64,000 nucleotides of DNA from Pseudomonadales bacterium (GTDB lineage Bacteria > Pseudomonadota > Gammaproteobacteria > Pseudomonadales > Pseudohongiellaceae), in contig OY762706.1 of the NCBI GenBank assembly GCA_963666325.1, positions 22,656-86,655 on the forward strand, read 5' to 3'. Both the position numbers and the translations under genes were made by a program. Positions 25,384 to 33,869 of this stretch are shown piece by piece. The notes beneath the pieces were generated by a model. It was not told where the DNA came from. It ran no database searches and saw only the letters and a list, made by a program, of their open reading frames with translations. Positions within the stretch are counted from its first letter, which is position 1; every line of letters begins with the position of its first letter.

Positions 25384-26379
25384 TCAGTCGTTGCTGACCT
25401 GCATGCGCTCGCGGGCGCGGCCGGCGCTGAGGATGTTGGGAATCGCGTAATTGCCTTCATGGCAGGCGTATTCGTACATCCGGTAGTCGTTTTCCAGTGT
25501 CAGCGGCATCGAGATCGTTACCGGCGAGGAAAAGGCTTCCGGGTCGGTCATGGTGGCTTCCCAGATGATCGTTCCCTCGCTGACGCGGTTGAAACGCTCG
25601 ACCACATGCAACTGTTCCGATGCCGGCACGCCCTTGAGGCGGCCGCCGGCGCTGCTGTTGGCGATCATGCCGCGGTCGTTGAAGTTCGTCGTCTCGATCA
25701 CCAGGGTTTCGCCTTCCCAGTGCGCTACCGAGTCGCCCATCCACAGGCGGACCTTGGAGTCGATGTGTTCGGTCTTGCTCAGCGGGATGACGCGCACGTC
25801 GTGAATCATCTCGTAGACGATGGTGATTGCGTCCGGCGTCTGAATGATTCGATAGGCATTGTTGTAGCCGGCCGGCAGCATCGAGCCGGGAACGCCGCGG
25901 GTGATGCAGCGGTCCCAGACGGTGTGGTAGACGTAGTCGTTCTCGACATTGGCGAAATAGAAGTCGCGCTCGGCCAGGGCGCTTTCGATGATCGGCGCAC
26001 GACCGTTGGGCGGATCGACGATCATCGAGGTCTGGCCGGTGGAAAGCACGGTATCGCCGGAATCGAGCCAGATCTGGTTGTAGCCACCGACGTTGCCGCC
26101 TGCCCGGACCACGATGTTATTGTCCGCATCGGTCCTGCGCTGGGCGATGCCGGTCTCCATGGCCTCGATTTCCTCGGGGGTGAGGAAATCGCGGTCGGCC
26201 AACGATGCCGGGCGCTCTATCGGCGTGATCGTATCGTTGGTCCAGACGCCTTGCAGATCGGGCTGGCCGTCGGGGGTGCGGCCCATGACCCAGCCGTCAT
26301 CGGATTGCGCGAACAAGGCGCCGCTGGCGAAGCTCGCAATGCAAGCTGCCGCTGTAAATTTCCACAGATCAGTCTTCAT
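25384..26379 (-). CDS. Secreted hypothetical protein
   Basis: 331-aa ORF with signal peptide (MKTDLWKFTAAACIASFASGALFAQ) and coding-like composition. No family name recognised. Confidence 0.65.
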   Translation of the reverse strand: MKTDLWKFTAAACIASFASGALFAQSDDGWVMGRTPDGQPDLQGVWTNDTITPIERPASLADRDFLTPEEIEAMETGIAQRRTDADNNIVVRAGGNVGGYNQIWLDSGDTVLSTGQTSMIVDPPNGRAPIIESALAERDFYFANVENDYVYHTVWDRCITRGVPGSMLPAGYNNAYRIIQTPDAITIVYEMIHDVRVIPLSKTEHIDSKVRLWMGDSVAHWEGETLVIETTNFNDRGMIANSSAGGRLKGVPASEQLHVVERFNRVSEGTIIWEATMTDPEAFSSPVTISMPLTLENDYRMYEYACHEGNYAIPNILSAGRARERMQVSND

Positions 26380-26403
26380 TTTCTGCCTCCTCCGCCTCTC
26401 GGC

Positions 26404-26481
26404 GAGATTCTGCGACTCCGCTTCGCTTCGCGCAGAATGACGTCGGGGAACATGTCATTCTGCGCGCAGTCGCAGAATCTC
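26404..26481. repeat. REP-like compound palindrome (copy c)
   Basis: GAGATTCTGCGACTCCGCTTCGCTTCGCGCAGAATGACgtcggggaacatGTCATTCTGCGCGCAGTCGCAGAATCTC. Confidence 0.9.
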
Positions 26482-26509
26482 CACGAATTTACCGTTGCCG
26501 AAAGACCCC

Positions 26510-27865
26510 CTACTGACTGTCCTCGGTTAACCAGGAAAAGTCGTCCGCGCTCTGGTCGAGCAATTCGGTTCGCTCGCGGCGCAACTGCTCCGCTGCCTGC
26601 GCGGTTTCGAGCACGTCCTGGGGCAGGTCGCGGCCGACTACGATGCCGCGCTGCTTGACCGGCGCGTAATAGATGCGCGCATTGGCCATTTCATCGGTGG
26701 TTGCCGGTCCGTAAACCACTTCAGCTCCCGGATCGGGGTTGAAACGGTTGCTCTCGGAGTTGTTGAACCACCAGGACATGTGCATGGTGGAGCCCGCCGG
26801 GATGAACCGGGGCTCCTCGTACTCATACAGAAACTGCCAGTTGAAATCGTAATTCGGCACCCAGAGCAGGGTTTCCATTTCGCCGTCGGGATATTCCAGC
26901 TCGTAGCGCATGGCCTTGCCGCGATAATGCATGTGCGGGCCCATGGAGAGCAGGTAGATGTCTTCCTCGACTTCAAAGGTATTGTTCACCTCGTAGTTCG
27001 AGTCGCCGGCGGGAATGGTCCAGTCGCGATGCGGCAGCAGGTTGGTTTCGACCACATGGTCGATCACCGCGCCTTCTTCGTAGAACTTGAAGGCCGCCTG
27101 AGTGTCGTCATGGACCGCCGAGCCTTCAACGGGATCCTTGTGGTAGTGCATGTTCACGGTGATGAAGGGGTCTTCCGGCAGCAATACGCCCCAGCCCTCG
27201 GGATAGGTGAACGGCCCGCGGCCGGGAACGCCCACGCCCATATGGCTGGACACGATGTGATGCACCCAGGGTCCGCCGGGCTTGAGTTCGGCCATGGACA
27301 CCCAGCGTGGCTCCTGATGCGCGCCTTCCTCGTATTTCATCTGTACGGTGGGCTGCCAGTCTTCCACCTCGTCGGGCACGTATACGGGCTCGTCGAAAGC
27401 CACGACCAGATCTGGGTCGCCTATCCACCAGCCGGATTCCGGCAAGGTCGTGCCGGCGCTGGAGGCCACCAGGCCTTCGCTGTTGGCGGCCTTGTCCGAA
27501 TCGCCTTCGAGCGCGCCGCCGTCAACCCAGGCGATCAGCAGATCTTTCTCGGCCTTGTCGATATAGCGCTCACCCTTGAACTCCCCGCGATGACGCTCGT
27601 GGGCGCCCCAGGGCGGCATGTAGCCGGTTTCCAGCGCGTTCCTGATGAGCGGCGCCCATAACCTGGCGTCTTCATAGTCCATCAACGACATCGGCGCATA
27701 AATTCCGCCGACGCTTGGCCCTTCGGGCTGATGGCAGGCAACGCAATTCTTCTGAAATACGGGCAATGCGTCCTGATAGAAAGTGGGTGCGTCCTGGGCC
27801 GCGGCGCTGAATGCGAAGGCGGGCAGGGCGGCGAGACAGAAATACCTGGCGATCTTGAGTGTCAT
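26510..27865 (-). CDS. Haem-c (CxxCH) domain fused to a PHM/DBH-like copper type II monooxygenase domain
   Basis: Signal peptide present. N-terminal FQKNCVACHQP. C-terminal VHHIVSSH, NMHYHK, GPHMHYRG, NYDFNWQ and GPATTDEMA resemble the Cu2_monooxygenase His/Met ligand pattern. Confidence 0.75.
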   Translation of the reverse strand: MTLKIARYFCLAALPAFAFSAAAQDAPTFYQDALPVFQKNCVACHQPEGPSVGGIYAPMSLMDYEDARLWAPLIRNALETGYMPPWGAHERHRGEFKGERYIDKAEKDLLIAWVDGGALEGDSDKAANSEGLVASSAGTTLPESGWWIGDPDLVVAFDEPVYVPDEVEDWQPTVQMKYEEGAHQEPRWVSMAELKPGGPWVHHIVSSHMGVGVPGRGPFTYPEGWGVLLPEDPFITVNMHYHKDPVEGSAVHDDTQAAFKFYEEGAVIDHVVETNLLPHRDWTIPAGDSNYEVNNTFEVEEDIYLLSMGPHMHYRGKAMRYELEYPDGEMETLLWVPNYDFNWQFLYEYEEPRFIPAGSTMHMSWWFNNSESNRFNPDPGAEVVYGPATTDEMANARIYYAPVKQRGIVVGRDLPQDVLETAQAAEQLRRERTELLDQSADDFSWLTEDSQ

Positions 27866-28008
27866 GGCGTTTCTCGCTGACTTGTTTGATCAACGGAAAA
27901 GAGTAATGGGAAGCGGCTGAAAAGTCTAACTTTTTCAGACGGCAACTTAGGTGGCAACTCAGGCAGCCCGGGGTAGCGAGTGAAAAGCGGAAGTAGTTTT
28001 CCATCACG

Positions 28009-28035
28009 AATGATTGGCATATAATGCCAATCATT
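28009..28035. promoter_or_regulatory. Palindromic operator overlapping a TATAAT -10 box upstream of parDE
   Basis: AATGATTGGCAT-ATA-ATGCCAATCATT has perfect 12-bp arms. TATAAT is at 28020-28025. SD aaggag lies upstream of ATG 28057. Confidence 0.6.
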
Positions 28036-28056
28036 GAAAGTAAGGAGATTTTGGCT

Positions 28057-28344
28057 ATGCCGACGCGAAATGTGGTGTTGTCCGACCATCTGGCTGAACT
28101 GGTGTCGAGGCTGGTCGAGTCCGGTCGGTATCAGAATGCCAGTGAAGTCGTTCGCGAGGGCCTGAGACTGATCGAAAGCAGAGAAACCGAGGAGGAACTC
28201 CGTCTCAAGGCTATGCGCGAAGCCGCGAATATCGGCGTCGCCGACATAGAAGCGGGACATTACCGCACCTTTGATTCTCGGGAATCCTTGCGTGAAAGCC
28301 TGTCCGCCTTATCCGGTGAAGTCCTGGACGGCAGCGGTACGTGA
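28057..28344 (+). CDS. parD: ParD-family (RHH) antitoxin
   Basis: MPTRNVVLSDHLAELVSRLVESGRYQNASEVVREGLRLIE is the ParD/COG3609 signature. Confidence 0.88.
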   Translation: MPTRNVVLSDHLAELVSRLVESGRYQNASEVVREGLRLIESRETEEELRLKAMREAANIGVADIEAGHYRTFDSRESLRESLSALSGEVLDGSGT

Positions 28345-28703
28345 CTGCAACAAGACAGCGCTGGCGCGTCCGGTTATCCGCCGCGGCTGAGGCTGATTAC
28401 AAGAACATACTCATCTGGTCGGCCGACAATTTCGGGGCCACCCAGGCGCGAATTTATGCGGAAACCTTAACTCTTGCGCTTGAAGCGCTGATGGAAGGGC
28501 CAAATGTCGCGGGGTCGCGAAGACGCGAAGATATCGCCAGGGACATGATGACTTTGCATGTCGCTCGCAAGGGCAGAAAAGCCAGGCACATGGTGATTTA
28601 CCGAAGTCTCGGAAACGATCAACCTCCCACAATCGATGTACTCCGATTTCTGCATGATTCGATGGATGTGGTGCGCCATGTCCAGACAGAGCCGATAATC
28701 TGA
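28341..28703 (+). CDS. parE: ParE/RelE-family toxin
   Basis: ..RLSAAAEADYKNILIWSADNFGATQARIYAETL.. and ..IDVLRFLHDSMD.. are present. 4-nt overlap with parD. Confidence 0.85.
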   Translation: MTATRQRWRVRLSAAAEADYKNILIWSADNFGATQARIYAETLTLALEALMEGPNVAGSRRREDIARDMMTLHVARKGRKARHMVIYRSLGNDQPPTIDVLRFLHDSMDVVRHVQTEPII

Positions 28704-28707
28704 TTTT

Positions 28708-29832
28708 TCAGGTGGCCCAGGGGTCGTGCATGGCCTCGAAAAAGGCGCGGTGTCCGTCGATGATGCGGCGGGTGGCTTCCGGGTCGGGTTCGAGGCTCCA
28801 TTCGTTACGTTCGTAGGTACCGCCGAGCAGGATGCCGTCGCTGCGCGGGAACATGTAGAGGCCGCCGTTGCCGATGATGTTGAACTCGACTTCCTCCTGG
28901 GGCAGCAGGAAAGTGAGCTGGCCCTTGATCGGCATCAGCATCTCGTCGCCGAACAGGGCGTGGGAGCCGAGGCCGGTGCAATTGAAAATCACGTCTTCTT
29001 CGAGTGCGAGAATTTCCCCGGCGTCTGCAAATTCGCGGATATTGATCTTACCACCGGCGCCGAAGAAATCGGCCATGACGGCGGGCAGGAACACCGCCGG
29101 TTCGACCAACAGCGTGTCGTAATGGCGTGCGAAGGGCACTGGGAAAGGATGTTCGCCGGGCGCCAGTTCGCGCAATTGCGGATAAAAGCTCGCGTAGCGG
29201 TTCTGGAAATCCTCCTCTTCCTGGGAATCACTTGCGAGGTTGTAATTGCTGATCCAGCGCACGCCATAACGCGGGCCGGCAAGATTCTGGAAATAGCGGT
29301 AGGCGAAGGCCATGGCGCGGTCGAACTGTTGCCTGAATGCGGGGGTCACGAGTTCTTCTTCGTAAACCGAAGTAGGAGTCCATTGCCCGCCGGCAACGTT
29401 GGAAGTTGTGTTCGGCGGCAGGTCTTTCGAGTAGATGGTGACGTTCCAGCCGCGGTCCTGGGCCAGGCGCGCGGTCGTCAGGCCCATGACTCCCGCGCCG
29501 ACCACGGCGCAATTGCGCCGGTTGCCGACTCCCGCCAACTCAACTGCGAGGCTCGACGAGCCCCAGGAAAGCGAGATGCCGCCACCGCCATGGCCGTAGT
29601 TGTGAATCAGCGTCCTGGCGCCGCGCTGCTCGGCCGAGACATTGAAGCCGTTGCGGCGAAACGGCCGCAGCCCGGCAATGGTGCGAATCACGCGCTCGTC
29701 GGACACTTTCACCCGGCGCAAGGGTACGCCCGAGGGAGTGAAATTGGCGGGTGAAGTCGGCGTTCCGGCAGCGCAGGCGCCTAGCAGGGGCAGCGCCCCC
29801 AGCGCCTGCAACAGTTGTCGTCTTGAAGTCAT
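28708..29832 (-). CDS. TAT-exported FAD-dependent oxidoreductase, D-amino-acid-oxidase-like with permuted domain order
   Basis: Twin-arginine signal MTSRRQLLQALGALPLLGACAA. The DAAO C-terminal signature GLRPFR..LIHNYGHGGGGISLSWG precedes the Rossmann motif AVVGAGVMGLTTA. Confidence 0.8.
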   Translation of the reverse strand: MTSRRQLLQALGALPLLGACAAGTPTSPANFTPSGVPLRRVKVSDERVIRTIAGLRPFRRNGFNVSAEQRGARTLIHNYGHGGGGISLSWGSSSLAVELAGVGNRRNCAVVGAGVMGLTTARLAQDRGWNVTIYSKDLPPNTTSNVAGGQWTPTSVYEEELVTPAFRQQFDRAMAFAYRYFQNLAGPRYGVRWISNYNLASDSQEEEDFQNRYASFYPQLRELAPGEHPFPVPFARHYDTLLVEPAVFLPAVMADFFGAGGKINIREFADAGEILALEEDVIFNCTGLGSHALFGDEMLMPIKGQLTFLLPQEEVEFNIIGNGGLYMFPRSDGILLGGTYERNEWSLEPDPEATRRIIDGHRAFFEAMHDPWAT

Positions 29833-30077
29833 GGCCCCCTTCCATCCCCGAAGTGGCCCAAGCATAGCGCATTCAACCAAACCATGTGTTTTCCAGCCAA
29901 TGATAATTGGAAGTCATCGAGCTGTTAATTGGAAGTCAGAGAGTTGGCAATTGGAATTATCGCGGCGGTTTTCATCTTCATTCAACAGTCCGGCACAGCG
30001 CAGTTCCCTCCAGTTAATGTCCGAAGTTCAGGATTCCGATAGAATCCCGAAGTTACTGTTCAAGAGATCGAAACACC

Positions 30078-31937
30078 ATGTTAGCTAACAGGATTCCCGC
30101 CTTATTACTATCATTGTTGATTGCAGGGCTGACCGGCCTTGCCCATGCTCAGTCCGACACCGTGCGCTATGAATGGGATTTGACTGAAATCTACCCGACG
30201 GTAGAGGACTGGGAAGAGGCGATCAATTCCGTGTCCAACCGTATCGATGCCCTGTCGAGATACCGGGGCACGCTGGGCAACGGCGCGGCAGAACTCGCCG
30301 ACGCCCTTGAAGCCCAGTCCGACACGGCCAAGGAAGCCTACCGGGTTTACGTTTACACCAGCCTGATACGCGACGTCGATCAGCGCGAACCCGCGGCACA
30401 GGCGCGTTTCGGCCGCGCCCGACAGATGCTGACCAATATGGAGCAGGCGACATCCTGGATCCGCCCGGAGATTCTCGACCTGGGCGCCGACACCATCCGC
30501 AGTTTCCGCCAGGCGGAACCGAGGCTGGAAAAATTCGGTTTCATGCTCGACGACATCCTGCGCCAGGAGCCGCATACCCTCGACCAACGCACTGAGGCGA
30601 TCCTCGCCCAGGCCGGCATGGTGCTCTCGGCGCCTGGGCAGATTTACGAAAACTACGCCAATGCAGACATCCCCTGGCCGACGGTGACCCTGAGCGACGG
30701 TGCCGAGGCAACTCTAAGTCAGGCCGGCTACTCGTTCTGGCGCGCCGCGCCGAATCGCGAGGACCGCAAGCTGGTATTCGACACTTTCTGGGGCGCCTGG
30801 AACCAATATGCCGACGGCATGGGCGCGACGCTCGCCGCCGAAGCCCAGTCCAACGTCTTCAGCGCCCGGGTGCGCAACCACCCCGGCGTACTCGAAGCCA
30901 ATCTGTTCGCCGACGGCCTGCCGCCCGAGGTCTACACCCAACTCGTCACCCAGGTGAACGACTCGCTGCCGCTGTTCCATCGCTATCTCGAACTGCGCGG
31001 CCGCCTGCTCGGCATCGAGGACTTGCGCTATTACGACATCTACCCGCCCCTGGTGCAGGCGGAAACCGGCGTCTTCGACCTCGAACGCTCATCGGAAATC
31101 ACTTTCGCCGCCCTCGAACCTTTCGGCGAGCAATACCTCGAACTGCTCGAATACGGCCTCTCCCAGCAGTGGATGCACAGCCATCCGCAGCCGGGCAAGC
31201 GCTCGGGCGCCTACATGAACGGTTCGGTCTACGACGCGCACCCCTACGTGCTGCTGAACCACAACGACGACTACGAATCGATGTCGACCTTCGCCCACGA
31301 ATGGGGCCACGCCGTCCACAGCCTGCTCGCCAACGCCAACAACCCCTTCGAAACCGCGGGCTATTCGACTTTCACCGCCGAGCTGGCCTCGACCATCAAC
31401 GAAATCCTGCTGCAGGAATACATGATCGCGAACGCGACCACCGACACAGAGCGGCTGTTCTACCTCGGCGGCGCGCTCGAGCAAATCCGCGGCACCCTGT
31501 TCCGCCAGACCATGTTCGCCGAATTCGAACTCGCGATTCACCGCGCCGCCGAACGCGGCGAACCCCTCACCGGCCCGCGCCTGACCGAAATCTACGGCGA
31601 CCTGCTAAAGCGCTACCACGGCCACGACCTCGGCGTCCTCACCATCGACGACGCCTACACCGTCGAATGGGCTTTCATCCCGCATTTCTACTACGACTTC
31701 TACGTCTTCCAATACGCCACCTCGATCAGCGGCGCGGCATGGTTTGCCGAACAATTCCTCGCTGGGGACGAGGCTGTGCGGGATGCATTCATCCGCGTGC
31801 TCAGCGCCGGCGGCTCGGATTATCCGCACAACATCCTGCTGAATGAGGCCGGGCTGGATATGACCCAGGCAGAGGCGTATGAGCCGGTGTTGAGGAGGAT
31901 GGAGGATTTGATGGATCGGATTGAGGGGTTGTTGTGA
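30078..31937 (+). CDS. M3-family oligoendopeptidase (PepF-like), secreted
   Basis: Signal peptide present. HEWGHAVH zinc motif. 619 aa. Confidence 0.88.
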   Translation: MLANRIPALLLSLLIAGLTGLAHAQSDTVRYEWDLTEIYPTVEDWEEAINSVSNRIDALSRYRGTLGNGAAELADALEAQSDTAKEAYRVYVYTSLIRDVDQREPAAQARFGRARQMLTNMEQATSWIRPEILDLGADTIRSFRQAEPRLEKFGFMLDDILRQEPHTLDQRTEAILAQAGMVLSAPGQIYENYANADIPWPTVTLSDGAEATLSQAGYSFWRAAPNREDRKLVFDTFWGAWNQYADGMGATLAAEAQSNVFSARVRNHPGVLEANLFADGLPPEVYTQLVTQVNDSLPLFHRYLELRGRLLGIEDLRYYDIYPPLVQAETGVFDLERSSEITFAALEPFGEQYLELLEYGLSQQWMHSHPQPGKRSGAYMNGSVYDAHPYVLLNHNDDYESMSTFAHEWGHAVHSLLANANNPFETAGYSTFTAELASTINEILLQEYMIANATTDTERLFYLGGALEQIRGTLFRQTMFAEFELAIHRAAERGEPLTGPRLTEIYGDLLKRYHGHDLGVLTIDDAYTVEWAFIPHFYYDFYVFQYATSISGAAWFAEQFLAGDEAVRDAFIRVLSAGGSDYPHNILLNEAGLDMTQAEAYEPVLRRMEDLMDRIEGLL

Positions 31938-32004
31938 CATAGAATAGAGGTGTGAAAAATGATTTCGCCAATCAAATAATTGTGGAAAATGGAGTCAAAT
32001 AGGG

Positions 32005-32829
32005 GTGAGTTCAAAAGTTCCGAAATCCAAGGCATTGGAAATTCTACGTAAGAGATTAAGCAGAATCTCACTCTTAACCTACCAATCAGCTGATTCATTA
32101 GAATTTAAAAGATGGCATAAAGACACAGTGCACGCTATCGGAAAGGTTTTCTTCCCTAGTATGGAAGAGAGAGAAGAGTTTGAAAAAATCCAATTCGATG
32201 ATGCTGCCTACATTTTTGGGGACGATTTAGATTCGCAGGAGCAACGTAAAATCTTTCTACGCGGCCTAAGCGAAGCAAAATTTATGCTGAATTCCTTAAT
32301 AGAAAGAATTAATGACTTTTGGCCACAAAATCAAGAATTATCTACTTTAGACAGATCTAGTAAAGAAGTTGATAGAAGATCAATCTCAATATTTGTAGTG
32401 CATGGACACGATAAGGAAGCGAAAGAGACAGTTGCGAGATTTCTGCAAAAGCACCAGTTGAATGTAATAATACTTCACGAAAGGGCAAGTAAGGGGCGTA
32501 CAATTATTGAAAAAATAGAGGAAAATGATGATGTCGGATACGCAGTAGTTCTACTGACGCCAGATGACATAGGTGCTCCAAGTGATCAACCTAAGAATTT
32601 AAGGTCGCGCGCGAGACAAAATGTTATATTCGAGTTTGGCTACTTTATCTCCAAATTGGGTAGGGAAAATGTGTGTGCGCTAGTAGTGGATGATATCGAA
32701 AAACCATCGGACTACGATGGTGTCGTATACATTAGGATGGATAAAGCTGATGGGTGGAAATTGGAACTTATGAGAGAACTGAAAAGTGCCGGTATAGATA
32801 TTGATGCGAACAAAGAGCTTGATGCCTAA
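32005..32829 (+). CDS. TIR-like nucleotide-binding protein (CAP12/Pycsar-effector-type TIR-like domain) with uncharacterised N-terminal domain
   Basis: C-terminal ~150 aa: IFVVHGHDKEAKETVARFL.., ..YAVVLLTPDDIG.., ..RARQNVIFEFGYFISKLGRENVCAL.. and ..PSDYDGVVY... GTG start. AT-rich gene. Confidence 0.75.
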   Translation: MSSKVPKSKALEILRKRLSRISLLTYQSADSLEFKRWHKDTVHAIGKVFFPSMEEREEFEKIQFDDAAYIFGDDLDSQEQRKIFLRGLSEAKFMLNSLIERINDFWPQNQELSTLDRSSKEVDRRSISIFVVHGHDKEAKETVARFLQKHQLNVIILHERASKGRTIIEKIEENDDVGYAVVLLTPDDIGAPSDQPKNLRSRARQNVIFEFGYFISKLGRENVCALVVDDIEKPSDYDGVVYIRMDKADGWKLELMRELKSAGIDIDANKELDA

Positions 32830-32951
32830 GAAAATAGATTTGTTGTACTGTACATCCAATCGGAGGCGCGGCCAACATTAATCTAAAGTATTTCGTCTTG
32901 AATTCTCATGCCATGATCTCTATTTTACTAATGCTATATGAATCAGGTAGT

Positions 32952-33869
32952 TTAAATTAGGCGAAGTGTGTAATGAAACAGTTCCTGAATAAACACGTCC
33001 CATTTGTTATTGTCTAAAGAAATATCATCTAAAAGATAAACCTTGACGTCGCCAATTTGATCCAGTCGCGCCTGCATCTCAGCAGTTACTACACCCGCGA
33101 TCAGAAAATTGACACATCCTGGAGGTGTTTCACTAAAACTTTTTTGCATCGCACCGAGTCTCTCCAATGCTCCTGCCGGGTCTTTTCCTCCTTTAATTTC
33201 AATTGTAACTATTGCCCTTCCTTCTCGTGTAAATTTTATGTCGGGTTCCGAACCGTAGCGCATTGTGATTCCATCATTGAGCCTAAATTGCACCGGTGAG
33301 CCCGTCTTTGACAATATAAGGCCTTGCATCTCTACCCAATCACGTATTCGACTTTTAACAGCCTCTTCAGCCATTTGGCCAATTTTGTTGCGGAATGTAC
33401 CGTCCAAACTAATCCCCATGGTGGCTATAATATTCCTATAGCCATTATCAAGCGTCCATCCTGTATGTCCTTCAATAATCGATGACACAATCGAGTTATA
33501 TAGCCGCGCAACCTTTAGAGCATTTTCGTTTGTTACAGCTTGGAGTCGGGTACCCTTTTCCCAGCCTGAAACTGAGGCGGCCAATTGTCCCACCTGCTTT
33601 TGAGGCAGAAGGGAAATTCCGCGATAGTACTTCGAGACTTTGGGGTTTTGTTGAAGCAATGTTGGGTGTGCGAATACTAGTTGCGGCTTTACTGAGATTC
33701 CCTGCACATGCGCCCAAGCTTTTTCGCTGATCATGAATTGCTCCAAAGGTTCAAAAATTAGTTCCGAAGAAAAACCTTTTATCCAATCCCTCAATTCTTC
33801 ATCTTCGCGCCGCCCGATTAATTCGGAAAGAAATATTGACCTCAATTTTGCATCATCATTCTTAATCAT
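32952..33869 (-). CDS. Putative type II restriction endonuclease (PD-ExK)
   Basis: ..YGSEPDIKF(x12)VTIEIKGGKD.. fits PD-(D/E)xK. 8-nt overlap with the upstream methyltransferase gene. AT-rich. Confidence 0.65.
   Translation of the reverse strand: MIKNDDAKLRSIFLSELIGRREDEELRDWIKGFSSELIFEPLEQFMISEKAWAHVQGISVKPQLVFAHPTLLQQNPKVSKYYRGISLLPQKQVGQLAASVSGWEKGTRLQAVTNENALKVARLYNSIVSSIIEGHTGWTLDNGYRNIIATMGISLDGTFRNKIGQMAEEAVKSRIRDWVEMQGLILSKTGSPVQFRLNDGITMRYGSEPDIKFTREGRAIVTIEIKGGKDPAGALERLGAMQKSFSETPPGCVNFLIAGVVTAEMQARLDQIGDVKVYLLDDISLDNNKWDVFIQELFHYTLRLI

Noticed and set aside
25366-26658. ORFs reading through REP elements that yield recurring peptides (SFCAQSQNL, VILREVAESL, FCDCAQND), which could be mistaken for a conserved small protein family.
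   Set aside because: The recurrence comes from translating a repeated palindromic DNA element in different frames and strands. There is no consistent start, RBS or length.
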